A DNA stretch of 33,363 nt from Actinomycetota bacterium (GCA_009924725.1 RFRA01000001.1:1-33363); one strand, 5' to 3'; positions 17,217 through 26,683 are shown, counted from the stretch's first letter. Made by a program: numbers and translations. Notes: generated from the sequence alone by a model not told the origin.

Positions 17217-18223
17217 GTCATTCCCCAGAAAGAAAAATTCGTGGAGCGGTATTAGGCCTGGCATTTGGTGACGCCATGTCATTTCCATCAACTACTCATC
17301 GTCTTAGACTATTAAATGTAAAGCGCTCAAATAGAATGATTAGCTTGACTCAGTTTGCTTTCGATGAAAAGCAAAATACTTATCCAACTGTCTATACACA
17401 TGCGCAATCCGTTGAATTTCTAGCACCGCGCCCGACAGATGACTCCGAGTGGTTGTATTTTTCTGCGGACATTCATCTGTCTGGATTAGAACCTAAGGCC
17501 GGGTGGATAAAACTGGCAAATAACGATGAAGACTTAAGAGGCAGAACCGGAACTTTGATGGCACTTGATAACTTAAAAGCGGGCAAAATGCCGCCAGAGA
17601 GCGGTCATGACAACCCTCATTATTTCGATGACATGGCGATGGTTAGATCACTAGCGGCAGCTCTGATATTTCGCAGGAATGAAGCTCTGGTATTAGAAAA
17701 AACTAGATCAGATGCTGAAGTAACTCATAGCGAAGATGGAATTTACTGCGCTCTAGCGCTTGCAACAGTGGCCACGGCGCTACTGGCAGATGAAAGCGCT
17801 GAGGCAGCAGTGGCTAAAGCGCTCAAGCAACTGCCCGAAGGAAGTTGGTCTCAAAGAGTTGTGGCCGATGCGCTAACTGCTACATCTGGCGCAAAATCTG
17901 TAACCGAAGTTGCCTACATTCTGGAAGATGTTGTAATTGATCGTATTTATTCCTACTCAATTTCTGCCCCAGAGTCCCTGGCTCTTATTTTGTGCTATTT
18001 GAGAGTGGCGAAGACGTCTAATGACTTCCTTCTAGCAGGCACAATTAATAAGCGAAAGCTTGATTCAATGCCAGCGCTACTAGGTGCAATTGCTGGCCTG
18101 ATACATGGCGATGAATGGATCCCATCAGGTTTCATTGCTAACGGATCAGATTTAGACGGCGTCTGCATACCTAGTTTAAAAGGAAAATCATTATCTGATC
18201 TAGCTGCCAGAATTATTGGCTAG
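17213..18223 (+). CDS. ADP-ribosylglycohydrolase family protein 3 (divergent)
   Basis: GLAFGDAMS, PTDDSE, EVTHSEDG. The C-terminal DxD motif is degenerate (KLDSMPA). GTGA overlap. Confidence 0.85.
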   Translation: MSHSPERKIRGAVLGLAFGDAMSFPSTTHRLRLLNVKRSNRMISLTQFAFDEKQNTYPTVYTHAQSVEFLAPRPTDDSEWLYFSADIHLSGLEPKAGWIKLANNDEDLRGRTGTLMALDNLKAGKMPPESGHDNPHYFDDMAMVRSLAAALIFRRNEALVLEKTRSDAEVTHSEDGIYCALALATVATALLADESAEAAVAKALKQLPEGSWSQRVVADALTATSGAKSVTEVAYILEDVVIDRIYSYSISAPESLALILCYLRVAKTSNDFLLAGTINKRKLDSMPALLGAIAGLIHGDEWIPSGFIANGSDLDGVCIPSLKGKSLSDLAARIIG

Positions 18224-18245
18224 TTAAAGATTTTCGCTGTATTTC

Positions 18246-20171
18246 TTAAAGCGCGAACTGCTTAAACCAATCAAGTGCTAATGGGTTAGCAAGTGCATCT
18301 CGATTGCGAACTTCGCGACCATTGATTACATCGCCGACAGCTAACTCAACTAACTTATTTGATTTTGTACGCGGCAGCTCAGGGGCAGCCACAATTAGAT
18401 CTGGCACATGGCGCGGGCTGGCTTGCACCCGAAGTGCAGTCTTAAGTTCCTTTTCAAACTCCGGAGTTAGTTCAGCGCCATTTTTTAGGGTTACGAAAAG
18501 GACTACGCGAGTGTCGCCTTCGAAATCTTGCGAAACTGCCATGGCTTCTTGTACTTGAGCGAATGTTTCAACCACTCGATAAATTTCAGCAGTACCAATA
18601 CGCACACCTTTAGAATTTAGCGTGGCATCACTTCGACCATAGATAACAAAGCCGCCAGATTTTGTTTTAGCGGCAAAGTCACCGTGGGTCCAAACGCCTG
18701 GAAAACCTTCGTAATAAGCGCTGCGATATTTAGCGTTATCTTCATCGCCCCAGAATCCAATTGGCTTTGACGGAAAAGGCACAGTGCAAACTAGTTCGCC
18801 CTTTTCATGGGCGGCAGCTGACTTTCCGGCTACGTCGTAAACATCAGTTGCCATGCCAAGGACTGGGCCTTGTAGTTCGCCGCGATAAACGCCTTGCGTT
18901 GGCACACCCGCTGCGAAACAACCACAGATATCGGTGCCACCTGACATAGAAGCAAGATGAACATCTTTCTTTACATCGCGATAGACATAATCAAAACTTT
19001 CCGGCACTAAGACCGAACCAGTTGACGCAATCACTTTTAAATTATTTAGATCATGGGTCTGTATCGGCATTAAACCAGCTTTAGCGGCCGAGTCGATGAA
19101 CTTGGCAGAGACACCAAAGAAATCTAATTTCTCGTTCTGCGCGATATCAAATAAACGCTCAGGGTTTGGATACATCGGCTGGCCATCAAATAACACGATG
19201 GTGGCGCCGGCACCAAGGCCAGTTGCTAGCCAGTTCCACATCATCCAGCCACAAGTTGTGTAGAAGAAAACTCTATCGCCAGGGGTTGTATCGAATTGAT
19301 AGCGATGTTCGGCTACTGCTTTTAAATAAACCCCGGCCGCGCTATGAATAATGCATTTTGGTTTACCGGTCGTGCCACTTGAGAAGAGCACAAAACCAGG
19401 GTGGTTAAAGGGCAGTCGAACGAAGTTAGGTTCGGCGCCTAAGTAAGGCTTGATCCAGTTATCAAAACTAGTGAACTCGTTCTCTTGATCAGTGATTAGC
19501 ACTGTTTTAACTAGGGTTGGCAGTGATGCCGCAATTTCGTTGAGTCGCTCAAGACAATCAAATGATTTGCCGTTATATGAATAGCTTTGCGCGGCTAATA
19601 AAACTTTAGGTTCAATTTGGCCAAAGCGATCTAGAACCGCGTTCGGTGCAAAGTCTGGCGATGAAGTGCTTACAACAGCGCCGATACTTAAAGCGCCAAG
19701 TGCGTAAACAATTACTTCGGCATAGTTTGGCGTCCAGGCAACCACGCGATCACCTGAAACCACGCCGAGATCGGTAAGAGCTGCGGCAACCGCGGCCGAT
19801 TTGCTGTGAAGTTGGCCCCAGGTTAATTCGCTGCGATTACCGGCTTCGTCGATTGCGACGATTGCAACTTCGTCAGCTTTGCCTTGGGCCAAAATATTCT
19901 CGGCAATATTAAGTGAGCTCTCGGGAAAGAATTTGGCATCAATGAAGTTTTTGCCAGGGGAGTAATTGACGCTGCCTTTTTCGCCAATGATTTCTAAGTG
20001 ATCCCAAACCAGTGACCAGAAATCACCAGGTTGGCTGATGCTCCACTTGTGCAGGTCAGCATATGAGTCAAGGTTTAAGCCAGTTTTAGTAATGGCCGCA
20101 GCAGTAAGAGAGGTAAGGGCGCTATTGGCAATAGCGCTTTCGCTTGGTTGCCAAAGTAATTCTGGGCTCAA
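18246..20171 (-). CDS. Acetoacetate--CoA ligase (acetoacetyl-CoA synthetase)
   Basis: AMP-binding motif FSSGTTGKPKCIIH plus AACS-specific TTCGWMMWNWL, SGGTDI, WTHGDF, GRSDATLN..GVRIGTAEIY. Confidence 0.93.
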   Translation of the reverse strand: MSPELLWQPSESAIANSALTSLTAAAITKTGLNLDSYADLHKWSISQPGDFWSLVWDHLEIIGEKGSVNYSPGKNFIDAKFFPESSLNIAENILAQGKADEVAIVAIDEAGNRSELTWGQLHSKSAAVAAALTDLGVVSGDRVVAWTPNYAEVIVYALGALSIGAVVSTSSPDFAPNAVLDRFGQIEPKVLLAAQSYSYNGKSFDCLERLNEIAASLPTLVKTVLITDQENEFTSFDNWIKPYLGAEPNFVRLPFNHPGFVLFSSGTTGKPKCIIHSAAGVYLKAVAEHRYQFDTTPGDRVFFYTTCGWMMWNWLATGLGAGATIVLFDGQPMYPNPERLFDIAQNEKLDFFGVSAKFIDSAAKAGLMPIQTHDLNNLKVIASTGSVLVPESFDYVYRDVKKDVHLASMSGGTDICGCFAAGVPTQGVYRGELQGPVLGMATDVYDVAGKSAAAHEKGELVCTVPFPSKPIGFWGDEDNAKYRSAYYEGFPGVWTHGDFAAKTKSGGFVIYGRSDATLNSKGVRIGTAEIYRVVETFAQVQEAMAVSQDFEGDTRVVLFVTLKNGAELTPEFEKELKTALRVQASPRHVPDLIVAAPELPRTKSNKLVELAVGDVINGREVRNRDALANPLALDWFKQFAL

Positions 20172-21191
20172 TTACTTACCTTTATTTAGGTATTTAAAGC
20201 GAGCGCGGTAATAAGCACCAGAGATTCCACCCGGTGCAAACATCACGATCAAAATAAAGATTAGACCCAAAGTAAACGCTGGTTCGGCTAACGGTCCACC
20301 AATAAAACGCGGCAATGAATTTAGGGCAGTTCCCTCACTAATGAAATTCAGCCGAGTGCTTAGAACAGAGTAAAGAATCCCACCGAGAACTGCGCCCCAA
20401 CGAGTTATCGGACCGCCCAAGATCACCATCAAGAGCAGCGCAATCGTGATATCTGCAGCTGCATATCGTGGTGAGCCAGATCCGCTAACTATCAGCATGG
20501 TCGCGCCAATTAGGGCAGCCATTGCAGCTGATAAAACGAAAGAGAGAAGCTTAAAGCGATTCGGGTTTAACCCAAGCACAGAGACTCGTTGTTCATTATC
20601 GCGAAGGGCGGCAAATACTCGACCGGCCGAGCTTTCGGTAATCCACCAAGCGGCAAAGTAAATAAAGACCAAAACTCCCAGTGCCAAAAGGTAAAGATAT
20701 TTAGTGTTTACAACGCCAATAAAGAAATCAGGTAGTCGATCTGGATTAACGGGCAAGCCGTCGTCACCATTTGTAAAACCGCCGAAATCGCGGGCGACAA
20801 CGACGTGGCCAGCTTGACCAAAGGCCAAAGTAACCATTGCAAAAGTTATGCCTGACGTACGAAGCGCTGCGCCACCAGTTAGTGCTGCTAACAAAGATGT
20901 GAAGAAAATTGCCCCGACGATAGCTAGAAGAAAATGAACATTAAAATCATTTATCAAGATCGCGGTCACATACATTCCACTAGCAAAATAAAGCGCGTGG
21001 CCGAATGAAAGTAAACCAGTAAAGCCGAAGAGCAAGTCGTAAGTTAGAGCAAGGGCTCCGAATAAAAATGCAACTGCCATAGTTTGCTGAAGTCCGGCCT
21101 TTGAAAGCGGGTTATCGCCGGCAAATGGCAAGATGGCAAAGATGACTGTGATTGCGATTAGCAATGGGCGAGAGTATTTCCAACGTAACAT
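20172..21191 (-). CDS. HAAT (Liv-type) ABC transporter permease, LivM-like
   Basis: LLFGFTGLLSFGHA, FAMVTLAF, GRVFAALRDNEQR motifs. Confidence 0.92.
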   Translation of the reverse strand: MLRWKYSRPLLIAITVIFAILPFAGDNPLSKAGLQQTMAVAFLFGALALTYDLLFGFTGLLSFGHALYFASGMYVTAILINDFNVHFLLAIVGAIFFTSLLAALTGGAALRTSGITFAMVTLAFGQAGHVVVARDFGGFTNGDDGLPVNPDRLPDFFIGVVNTKYLYLLALGVLVFIYFAAWWITESSAGRVFAALRDNEQRVSVLGLNPNRFKLLSFVLSAAMAALIGATMLIVSGSGSPRYAAADITIALLLMVILGGPITRWGAVLGGILYSVLSTRLNFISEGTALNSLPRFIGGPLAEPAFTLGLIFILIVMFAPGGISGAYYRARFKYLNKGK

Positions 21192-21193
21192 GG

Positions 21194-22075
21194 CTAGTGG
21201 CTGACCTTTCCGAGTAAGCCAGTTGGCTTAGTCAATAGAACTGCGGCCAAAATAATTACAACCACAAAATCGCCTAAGCCAGTGACGTAATAATTTGCGA
21301 ACTGGTTGGTAATTCCAATTAACATAGCCGCAATTGCGCTACCGGCAATTGACCCCATTCCGCCTACTACTACGACGATAAAGCCATAAATCAGCCAAGA
21401 ACCACCCATCAGCGGCGAAACGCCGTATGAGAAGACTGAGATCAAAACTCCACCGACTCCGGCGGCGAAACCGCCGATGAAAAAGACGGTGCTAAAAGCT
21501 AGGCGAACATTAATGCCAAGAGCTGAGACCATAGAGCGGTTTTCAACTCCGGCGCGAATGATTAAACCGATGCGAGTAAATCTCAAGATACTTAGCATCG
21601 CGATTAGCAAGATTGCAGCTACTGCGATGTAAATAAATCTATCGATCGGAATGATGGCATCGCCAATGGTTACCGCTTTCATGAACCAAAGCGGGGTAGG
21701 CAAGAAACGCGCATCGAAACCAAACCAGCCACCAAGAAGCGCGGTCACCACTAAGGAAACACCAACCGTTACTAGCGCTTGATCAATATGGCGATTGTAA
21801 AGGCGATTAATTACCAGTTGCTCCATTAAAAGTGCGAATAAACCAGCCACGATTCCACCAGCCAACATTGAAGCGAGGAAAGTCCAAGTCGTTGGATTTG
21901 GGAAAACTTTGGTCGAAATCCATAAGCCGGAAAATGCACCGATGGTTAAGAAGGAACCATGAGCAAAGTTAAGAACACCCATCAGGCCATAAATAAGTGA
22001 AAGTCCAGAAGCAACTAAGAAGTAAAGCGCCCCAAGGCCAACGCCCGTAACAAGGATAAGTAGGAAAGTACTCAT
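21194..22075 (-). CDS. HAAT ABC transporter permease, LivH-like
   Basis: GLSLIYGLMGVLNFAHG, IRAGVEN, VVVGGMGS motifs. Confidence 0.92.
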   Translation of the reverse strand: MSTFLLILVTGVGLGALYFLVASGLSLIYGLMGVLNFAHGSFLTIGAFSGLWISTKVFPNPTTWTFLASMLAGGIVAGLFALLMEQLVINRLYNRHIDQALVTVGVSLVVTALLGGWFGFDARFLPTPLWFMKAVTIGDAIIPIDRFIYIAVAAILLIAMLSILRFTRIGLIIRAGVENRSMVSALGINVRLAFSTVFFIGGFAAGVGGVLISVFSYGVSPLMGGSWLIYGFIVVVVGGMGSIAGSAIAAMLIGITNQFANYYVTGLGDFVVVIILAAVLLTKPTGLLGKVSH

Positions 22076-22774
22076 TTACTTATGACCTCCGCTTACGCCT
22101 AGCATTGATTTAACGAATGATTCATCTTGCAAATTCTCTGGCCCGCCCTGAAAAACAACTTTGCCTTGATCCATGACAATGATGTTTTGGGCAATTGCTT
22201 TCACTAGCGCCAAATTCTGCTCGACGATCAACATCGTTGAGTGGTCGGCAACATGAGATAGTGCGTTAGCAACTTCAGTTACCAACTTCGGTGCCAAACC
22301 TTTAGTCGGTTCATCGATTACCAAAATCTTGTTCTGATTAAGCAGTGCCCTTGAAATCGCGACCATTTGCTGTTGACCGCCTGAGAGCGTGCCGGCACGT
22401 TGGCTGGTACGGGTAAGAAGTTCTGGAAATAGTGAATAGACCAGATCGTAATTTGGTTGGGCATCTCGAGCAGCAAGTGAGAGATTTTCTTTGACAGTTA
22501 AGCTGGCAAAAATCTCCCGGTCTTCGGGAACGTAACCCACACCCATTTGCACGATCTTGTGCGTTGGCAGAGCAACAATTTCAGCACCACCAAATTTGAT
22601 GCTGCCAGATCCTGGGTTCAACCCCATGATGGCTTTTAAGGTAGTGGATTTTCCAACACCGTTGCGACCCAGCAGTGCAGTTACTTTGTTTTCAGGTACG
22701 AAAAAATTAACACCTTGCAAGATATGTGAGCCATTAATCGTTACGTGTAGGTCTTTAACCTCTAGCGAACTCAT
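22076..22774 (-). CDS. HAAT ABC transporter ATP-binding protein, LivF-like
   Basis: Walker A GRNGVGKST, LSGGQQQM, IDEPTKGLAP. Confidence 0.94.
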   Translation of the reverse strand: MSSLEVKDLHVTINGSHILQGVNFFVPENKVTALLGRNGVGKSTTLKAIMGLNPGSGSIKFGGAEIVALPTHKIVQMGVGYVPEDREIFASLTVKENLSLAARDAQPNYDLVYSLFPELLTRTSQRAGTLSGGQQQMVAISRALLNQNKILVIDEPTKGLAPKLVTEVANALSHVADHSTMLIVEQNLALVKAIAQNIIVMDQGKVVFQGGPENLQDESFVKSMLGVSGGHK

Positions 22775-23523
22775 AGTTCTGCCCCTAAATATGCGCTCTG
22801 CACTGTCGGATTATCCATAACGTTTTGCGGGGTATCGATAGTAAGTAGTTCACCATAATTAAGGACCGCGATGCGATCGGCTAGTCCCAAAATTACATCC
22901 ATATGGTGCTCGACGATGAGAACAGTTTTCTTATGAACAGTTGCTAGGGAGCGAATGATTTCAACTAACCCTGGAATATTCTCAACGCTCATTCCGGCCA
23001 TCGGTTCGTCTAATAAAATCACATCTGATTTTGAAGCCAAAACAATGGCAATTTCTAGGCGACGCTTATCGCCATGTGAAAGCGCACCTGCAAATAGCGC
23101 ACCTTTGCTAAGTAAGCCAACTTGTTCAAGACAAGCGGATGCTCGGTAGAGAATATCCCTGTATTTATCAGCGCTCTTAGTCAGATTCATCGAAGAGCCA
23201 TCTGCAACCTGGGCCGCAATACGCACATTTTCTAGCAAAGTTAAATACGGAAAAATACTTGAAGTTTGGAAAGTACGCGCAATACCAGCTTGAGCGCGTT
23301 GATATGGCTTGAAATTTGTTATTTCGGTATCGCCTAAATGTATGGTGCCAGTTGTAGCTTCACGAAGCCCAGAAAGTAAATTAAAGAATGAAGTTTTGCC
23401 GGCACCATTTGGACCAATAATTCCTAAGGTCTCATTTTGTTTTACCGTGAGCGTAATTCCTTCAAGAATCTTCGCTCCGCCAATTGTGAGGCCAAGATTT
23501 TCGACCGAAAGTGCTGAAGTCAT
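22771..23523 (-). CDS. HAAT ABC transporter ATP-binding protein, LivG-like
   Basis: GPNGAGKTS, IARTFQ, LSHGDKRRLE, LDEPMAG, terminal AYLG. Confidence 0.94.
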   Translation of the reverse strand: MTSALSVENLGLTIGGAKILEGITLTVKQNETLGIIGPNGAGKTSFFNLLSGLREATTGTIHLGDTEITNFKPYQRAQAGIARTFQTSSIFPYLTLLENVRIAAQVADGSSMNLTKSADKYRDILYRASACLEQVGLLSKGALFAGALSHGDKRRLEIAIVLASKSDVILLDEPMAGMSVENIPGLVEIIRSLATVHKKTVLIVEHHMDVILGLADRIAVLNYGELLTIDTPQNVMDNPTVQSAYLGAEL

Positions 23524-23592
23524 TTGGCTAATCTACCTGCTCCCAATTTATTAATCTAATTACTTGTTCCTAATTTCTCTGAGAAAATGGGG

Positions 23593-23634
23593 AAAAAGAA
23601 ACTGGCCCCACACCAATAATGTGGGGCCAGTTTC
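23593..23634 (-). terminator. Stem-loop with U-tract between the SBP gene and the livG-like gene
   Basis: 15-bp perfect stem GAAACTGGCCCCACA (23598-23612) / TGTGGGGCCAGTTTC (23620-23634), followed on the minus strand by TTTTT. Confidence 0.8.
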
Positions 23635-23649
23635 ACTTAATTAACTAGA

Positions 23650-24816
23650 TCAGACTGTTACGTTGTAAAGAGTGCTTACTAGTGATGGTACATAGCGACC
23701 ATTCACCTTAGTTAGCTTTACTAGGAACATTGACTGAATCAAGGTGTGGTTTGCCTTATTGACCTTATTAAGACCAGTTATACCCACAAAGTTAAATGCT
23801 TCAAGAGTTGTGATCATCTTGTCTACATTTAGGTCTGCATTGCCCTTAACCGCTTCGATAATCATCTGTGCGGCATTTACACCGGTAGATGTGAATAGGT
23901 CTTGAGTCTTGCCAGCCTTTGCATAATCAATCGCAAGTTGAGTTGCTGCCTTGCCCTTTACAACACCTGGGAAGTAGCTATTTGTCAGGATTGCGTTAGC
24001 ACCTTCAAATAGTGAACCGTAGATGTCGTATGTGCCTACGCCAGCAAGACCAGTAATCGGACGAGCTGTTGCGTATGCCTTCTGTTGAGCTAGTGCAGTG
24101 AACATTGCACCTGAAGTTGCCGCATTTGACCAAGCGATAAAGATGTAATCGCCCTTGACATCTGCTGCCTTCTTGGCAAATGGAGTGAAGTCAACTGTTG
24201 TTGTTGGAACTTTGATTTCTTCGAAAATCGCACCCTTTGAAGCAAGGTATGCCTTCGCAGCAAAAATATTACCTAGACCAAATGGGTTATCTTCAACGAA
24301 TAGAATAACTTTCTTACCCTTAATTGGCTTGATCTTCGCTAGTGGAGCGAAATCTTGTAGTGAGGTATTTCCAGAACGGAATACATACTTGTTAGCAGCT
24401 GAAGTGATTGCATCGTTCTTAGCTGGGCCAGAGATAAATAGAACTTTATTCTGAGCCGCTAATGGTGCAAGTGTTAGAGCAACACCTGATGAAGCTGAAC
24501 CAACAATAATGTTTGTGCCGTTTCCGACCATTTCTTTAAATGATGCGGTAGCTGATGCAGGATCTGCGCCATCATCTTTCTTAGTGATTACAAATTTACG
24601 ACCATCAACTGCATTCTTGCCGTTTGTGTAGTACTTAAGACCCCACTCAAGGCCGTCGATGTAAGCATCACCGTATGACTTAAGGCCACCTGATGTTGTA
24701 GTGATAACACCAATCTTAATTTCAGTTGACGCGTTAGCTGGCGCTGAAACTGGTGAAACCAGTGCGATGGCAAGAGCGGCAACAAGTGCGGTCTTGATCG
24801 AAGACTTCTTTAACAT
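23650..24816 (-). CDS. HAAT ABC transporter substrate-binding protein (Leu/Ile/Val-binding fold)
   Basis: Signal peptide ending ANA, EIKIGVIT, KDDGADPA, IIVGSASSGVAL, YVFRS. AAGGAG RBS. Confidence 0.9.
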   Translation of the reverse strand: MLKKSSIKTALVAALAIALVSPVSAPANASTEIKIGVITTTSGGLKSYGDAYIDGLEWGLKYYTNGKNAVDGRKFVITKKDDGADPASATASFKEMVGNGTNIIVGSASSGVALTLAPLAAQNKVLFISGPAKNDAITSAANKYVFRSGNTSLQDFAPLAKIKPIKGKKVILFVEDNPFGLGNIFAAKAYLASKGAIFEEIKVPTTTVDFTPFAKKAADVKGDYIFIAWSNAATSGAMFTALAQQKAYATARPITGLAGVGTYDIYGSLFEGANAILTNSYFPGVVKGKAATQLAIDYAKAGKTQDLFTSTGVNAAQMIIEAVKGNADLNVDKMITTLEAFNFVGITGLNKVNKANHTLIQSMFLVKLTKVNGRYVPSLVSTLYNVTV

Positions 24817-24946
24817 TTAATCTCCTTTAGAAATTAATAGCTGATCGATTGGCGATCTGCATGTTCCTAGTTTAGGCGGTTAGTTGAATTTCTCCGAATT
24901 TCGCGAGGCTCTAGAAGAATTACGTTTCGTTATCTATAGTTAACTT

Positions 24947-25852
24947 ATGAGCAACGAGCGATATCTTCCTACTGAAAAATTTGCAGTCCCAGTCAAAGGT
25001 GGGCACCTAGCTTTATATAGATTTGGTAACAATTTACCTTCCGTTAACCATTTGCCAGTGCTGCTTATTCATGGCGTTACCTCTTCTAATCGTGCATTCC
25101 AACTGTTCGCTAGATCACTTGTTGAACTTGGGTTTGTGCCGTACGCCGTAGACCTGAGAGGTCGCGGAGAATCTAATAATTTGCCGGGCCCATTTGGCAT
25201 GAAAAATCATGCTCGCGATATGGCTGATGTAGTTAAGTTTATTGGCGTTGAAAGCATTGATGTAATTGGTCATTCAATGGGTGCATTTGTGGCAGTTGCG
25301 TTGCAAGGAACTGAGCCAAAGTTAGTAAAGAGATTAGTTTTAGTTGATGGCGGAATCCCATTGCCATTGCCACCAGGTATGACCGTGGCGCAAGTAATGC
25401 CATATGTGCTTGGCCCAGCTATGGCGCGATTGGCGATGACCTTTGAATCCTTTGATGCTTATCGTAATTATTGGAAACCACAGGCAGCATTTATCAAGGG
25501 TTGGTCACCAGTACTTGATGAATATGTTGAATATGACTTGCAAGGCGAAGCGCCTAACCTGAAAGCACGCACTAATCCAAAAGCGGTTGAAGAAGATAGT
25601 GAAGATTTATTTGTTAGCAAGTTAATTGAAAAGACCCTCGAGAAGTTAACCGATGAGGTGCTATTTATTCGCGCAGTTCGCGGCTTGCAGAATGAAGAAG
25701 GTGGTTTATACCCAGAACCAGTGCTGGCGGCAGTTTTACCAAAATATCCAAAATTAAAAGTTCACACCATTGCCGATACCAACCATTACGACATATTGTT
25801 AGATGAAGTTGGCGCCGAAGCAGTTGCACAATTAATTTACGGAGATAAGTAA
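24947..25852 (+). CDS. Alpha/beta hydrolase (putative ester / 3-hydroxybutyrate-oligomer hydrolase)
   Basis: LIHG oxyanion loop, DLRGRG, GHSMG nucleophile elbow, TNHY catalytic His. Substrate inferred from context only. Confidence 0.85.
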   Translation: MSNERYLPTEKFAVPVKGGHLALYRFGNNLPSVNHLPVLLIHGVTSSNRAFQLFARSLVELGFVPYAVDLRGRGESNNLPGPFGMKNHARDMADVVKFIGVESIDVIGHSMGAFVAVALQGTEPKLVKRLVLVDGGIPLPLPPGMTVAQVMPYVLGPAMARLAMTFESFDAYRNYWKPQAAFIKGWSPVLDEYVEYDLQGEAPNLKARTNPKAVEEDSEDLFVSKLIEKTLEKLTDEVLFIRAVRGLQNEEGGLYPEPVLAAVLPKYPKLKVHTIADTNHYDILLDEVGAEAVAQLIYGDK

Positions 25853-26659
25853 ATGGCAAACTCACTAGCTGGAAAACGTGCTTTTATCACAGGTTCATTT
25901 CAAGGAATCGGCCTGGGAATTGCGACTTCACTAGCTAGCGAAGGTGCGGCAATTGTTCTGCATGGTTTAGCTGATGCCGAAACAATTTCTAAAGCAGAGA
26001 TGGCAGTTATGGCTGCTGGTGCGAGCACAGTAGAAAGCCATGTTTCTGATCTTCGTGATTCTGATGCCACTGAGAGCTTGATTGCCAAAATTCTAAGCGG
26101 GGGAGCAGTGGACATTCTGGTTAATAACGCCGGAATTCAGCACACCGCAACGATTGCCGAAATGCCACGTAGCAAGTGGAATGACATCATCGCAATTAAT
26201 CTTTCTTCGTTCTTTGACACCATGCGCTTGCTATTGCCCGAGATGGCAAAGCGCGGTTCTGGTCGCGTAATCAACATTGCATCGGTCCACGGCCTAGTGG
26301 CATCAGCTGCTAAAGCACCTTACGTAGCGGCTAAACATGGCGTTGTTGGTTTAACCAAAGTGGCTGCCCTGGAATATGCAAATGTGGGCGATCGAAATTC
26401 TGGTGGCGTAACTATTAACGCAATCTGCCCAGGTTGGGTTGAAACCGCACTTATTGAGCCACAAATTCAAGCCCGAGTTGATTTACACAATAGTGATCGC
26501 GCAGCCGGAATAGCCGATCTACTTAGCGAGAAACAACCAAGCCAGCGCATGTCAACGCCAAGTGATATCGGCGCACTTGCGCTTTGGTTATGCAATCCTG
26601 CTGCTCACAATATAACTGGGGCCGCGATTCCAGTTGATGGTGGTTGGACTGCGCAGTAA
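25853..26659 (+). CDS. bdhA: D-3-hydroxybutyrate dehydrogenase (SDR family)
   Basis: TGSFQGIG, NNAGIQH, ASVHGLVAS..KAPYVAAKHG, LLSEKQPS, DGGWTAQ; the BdhA substrate-binding Gln/His/Lys/Gln pattern is present. Confidence 0.9.
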   Translation: MANSLAGKRAFITGSFQGIGLGIATSLASEGAAIVLHGLADAETISKAEMAVMAAGASTVESHVSDLRDSDATESLIAKILSGGAVDILVNNAGIQHTATIAEMPRSKWNDIIAINLSSFFDTMRLLLPEMAKRGSGRVINIASVHGLVASAAKAPYVAAKHGVVGLTKVAALEYANVGDRNSGGVTINAICPGWVETALIEPQIQARVDLHNSDRAAGIADLLSEKQPSQRMSTPSDIGALALWLCNPAAHNITGAAIPVDGGWTAQ

Positions 26660-26683
26660 AGCAAAGTAGTTAAGGTTGGCCTT

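Noticed and set aside
15093-18223. ARH genes as antitoxin/immunity or DraT-DraG regulatory genes
   Set aside because: No ADP-ribosyltransferase, toxin or nitrogenase gene is in the window, and the context is transport and catabolism.
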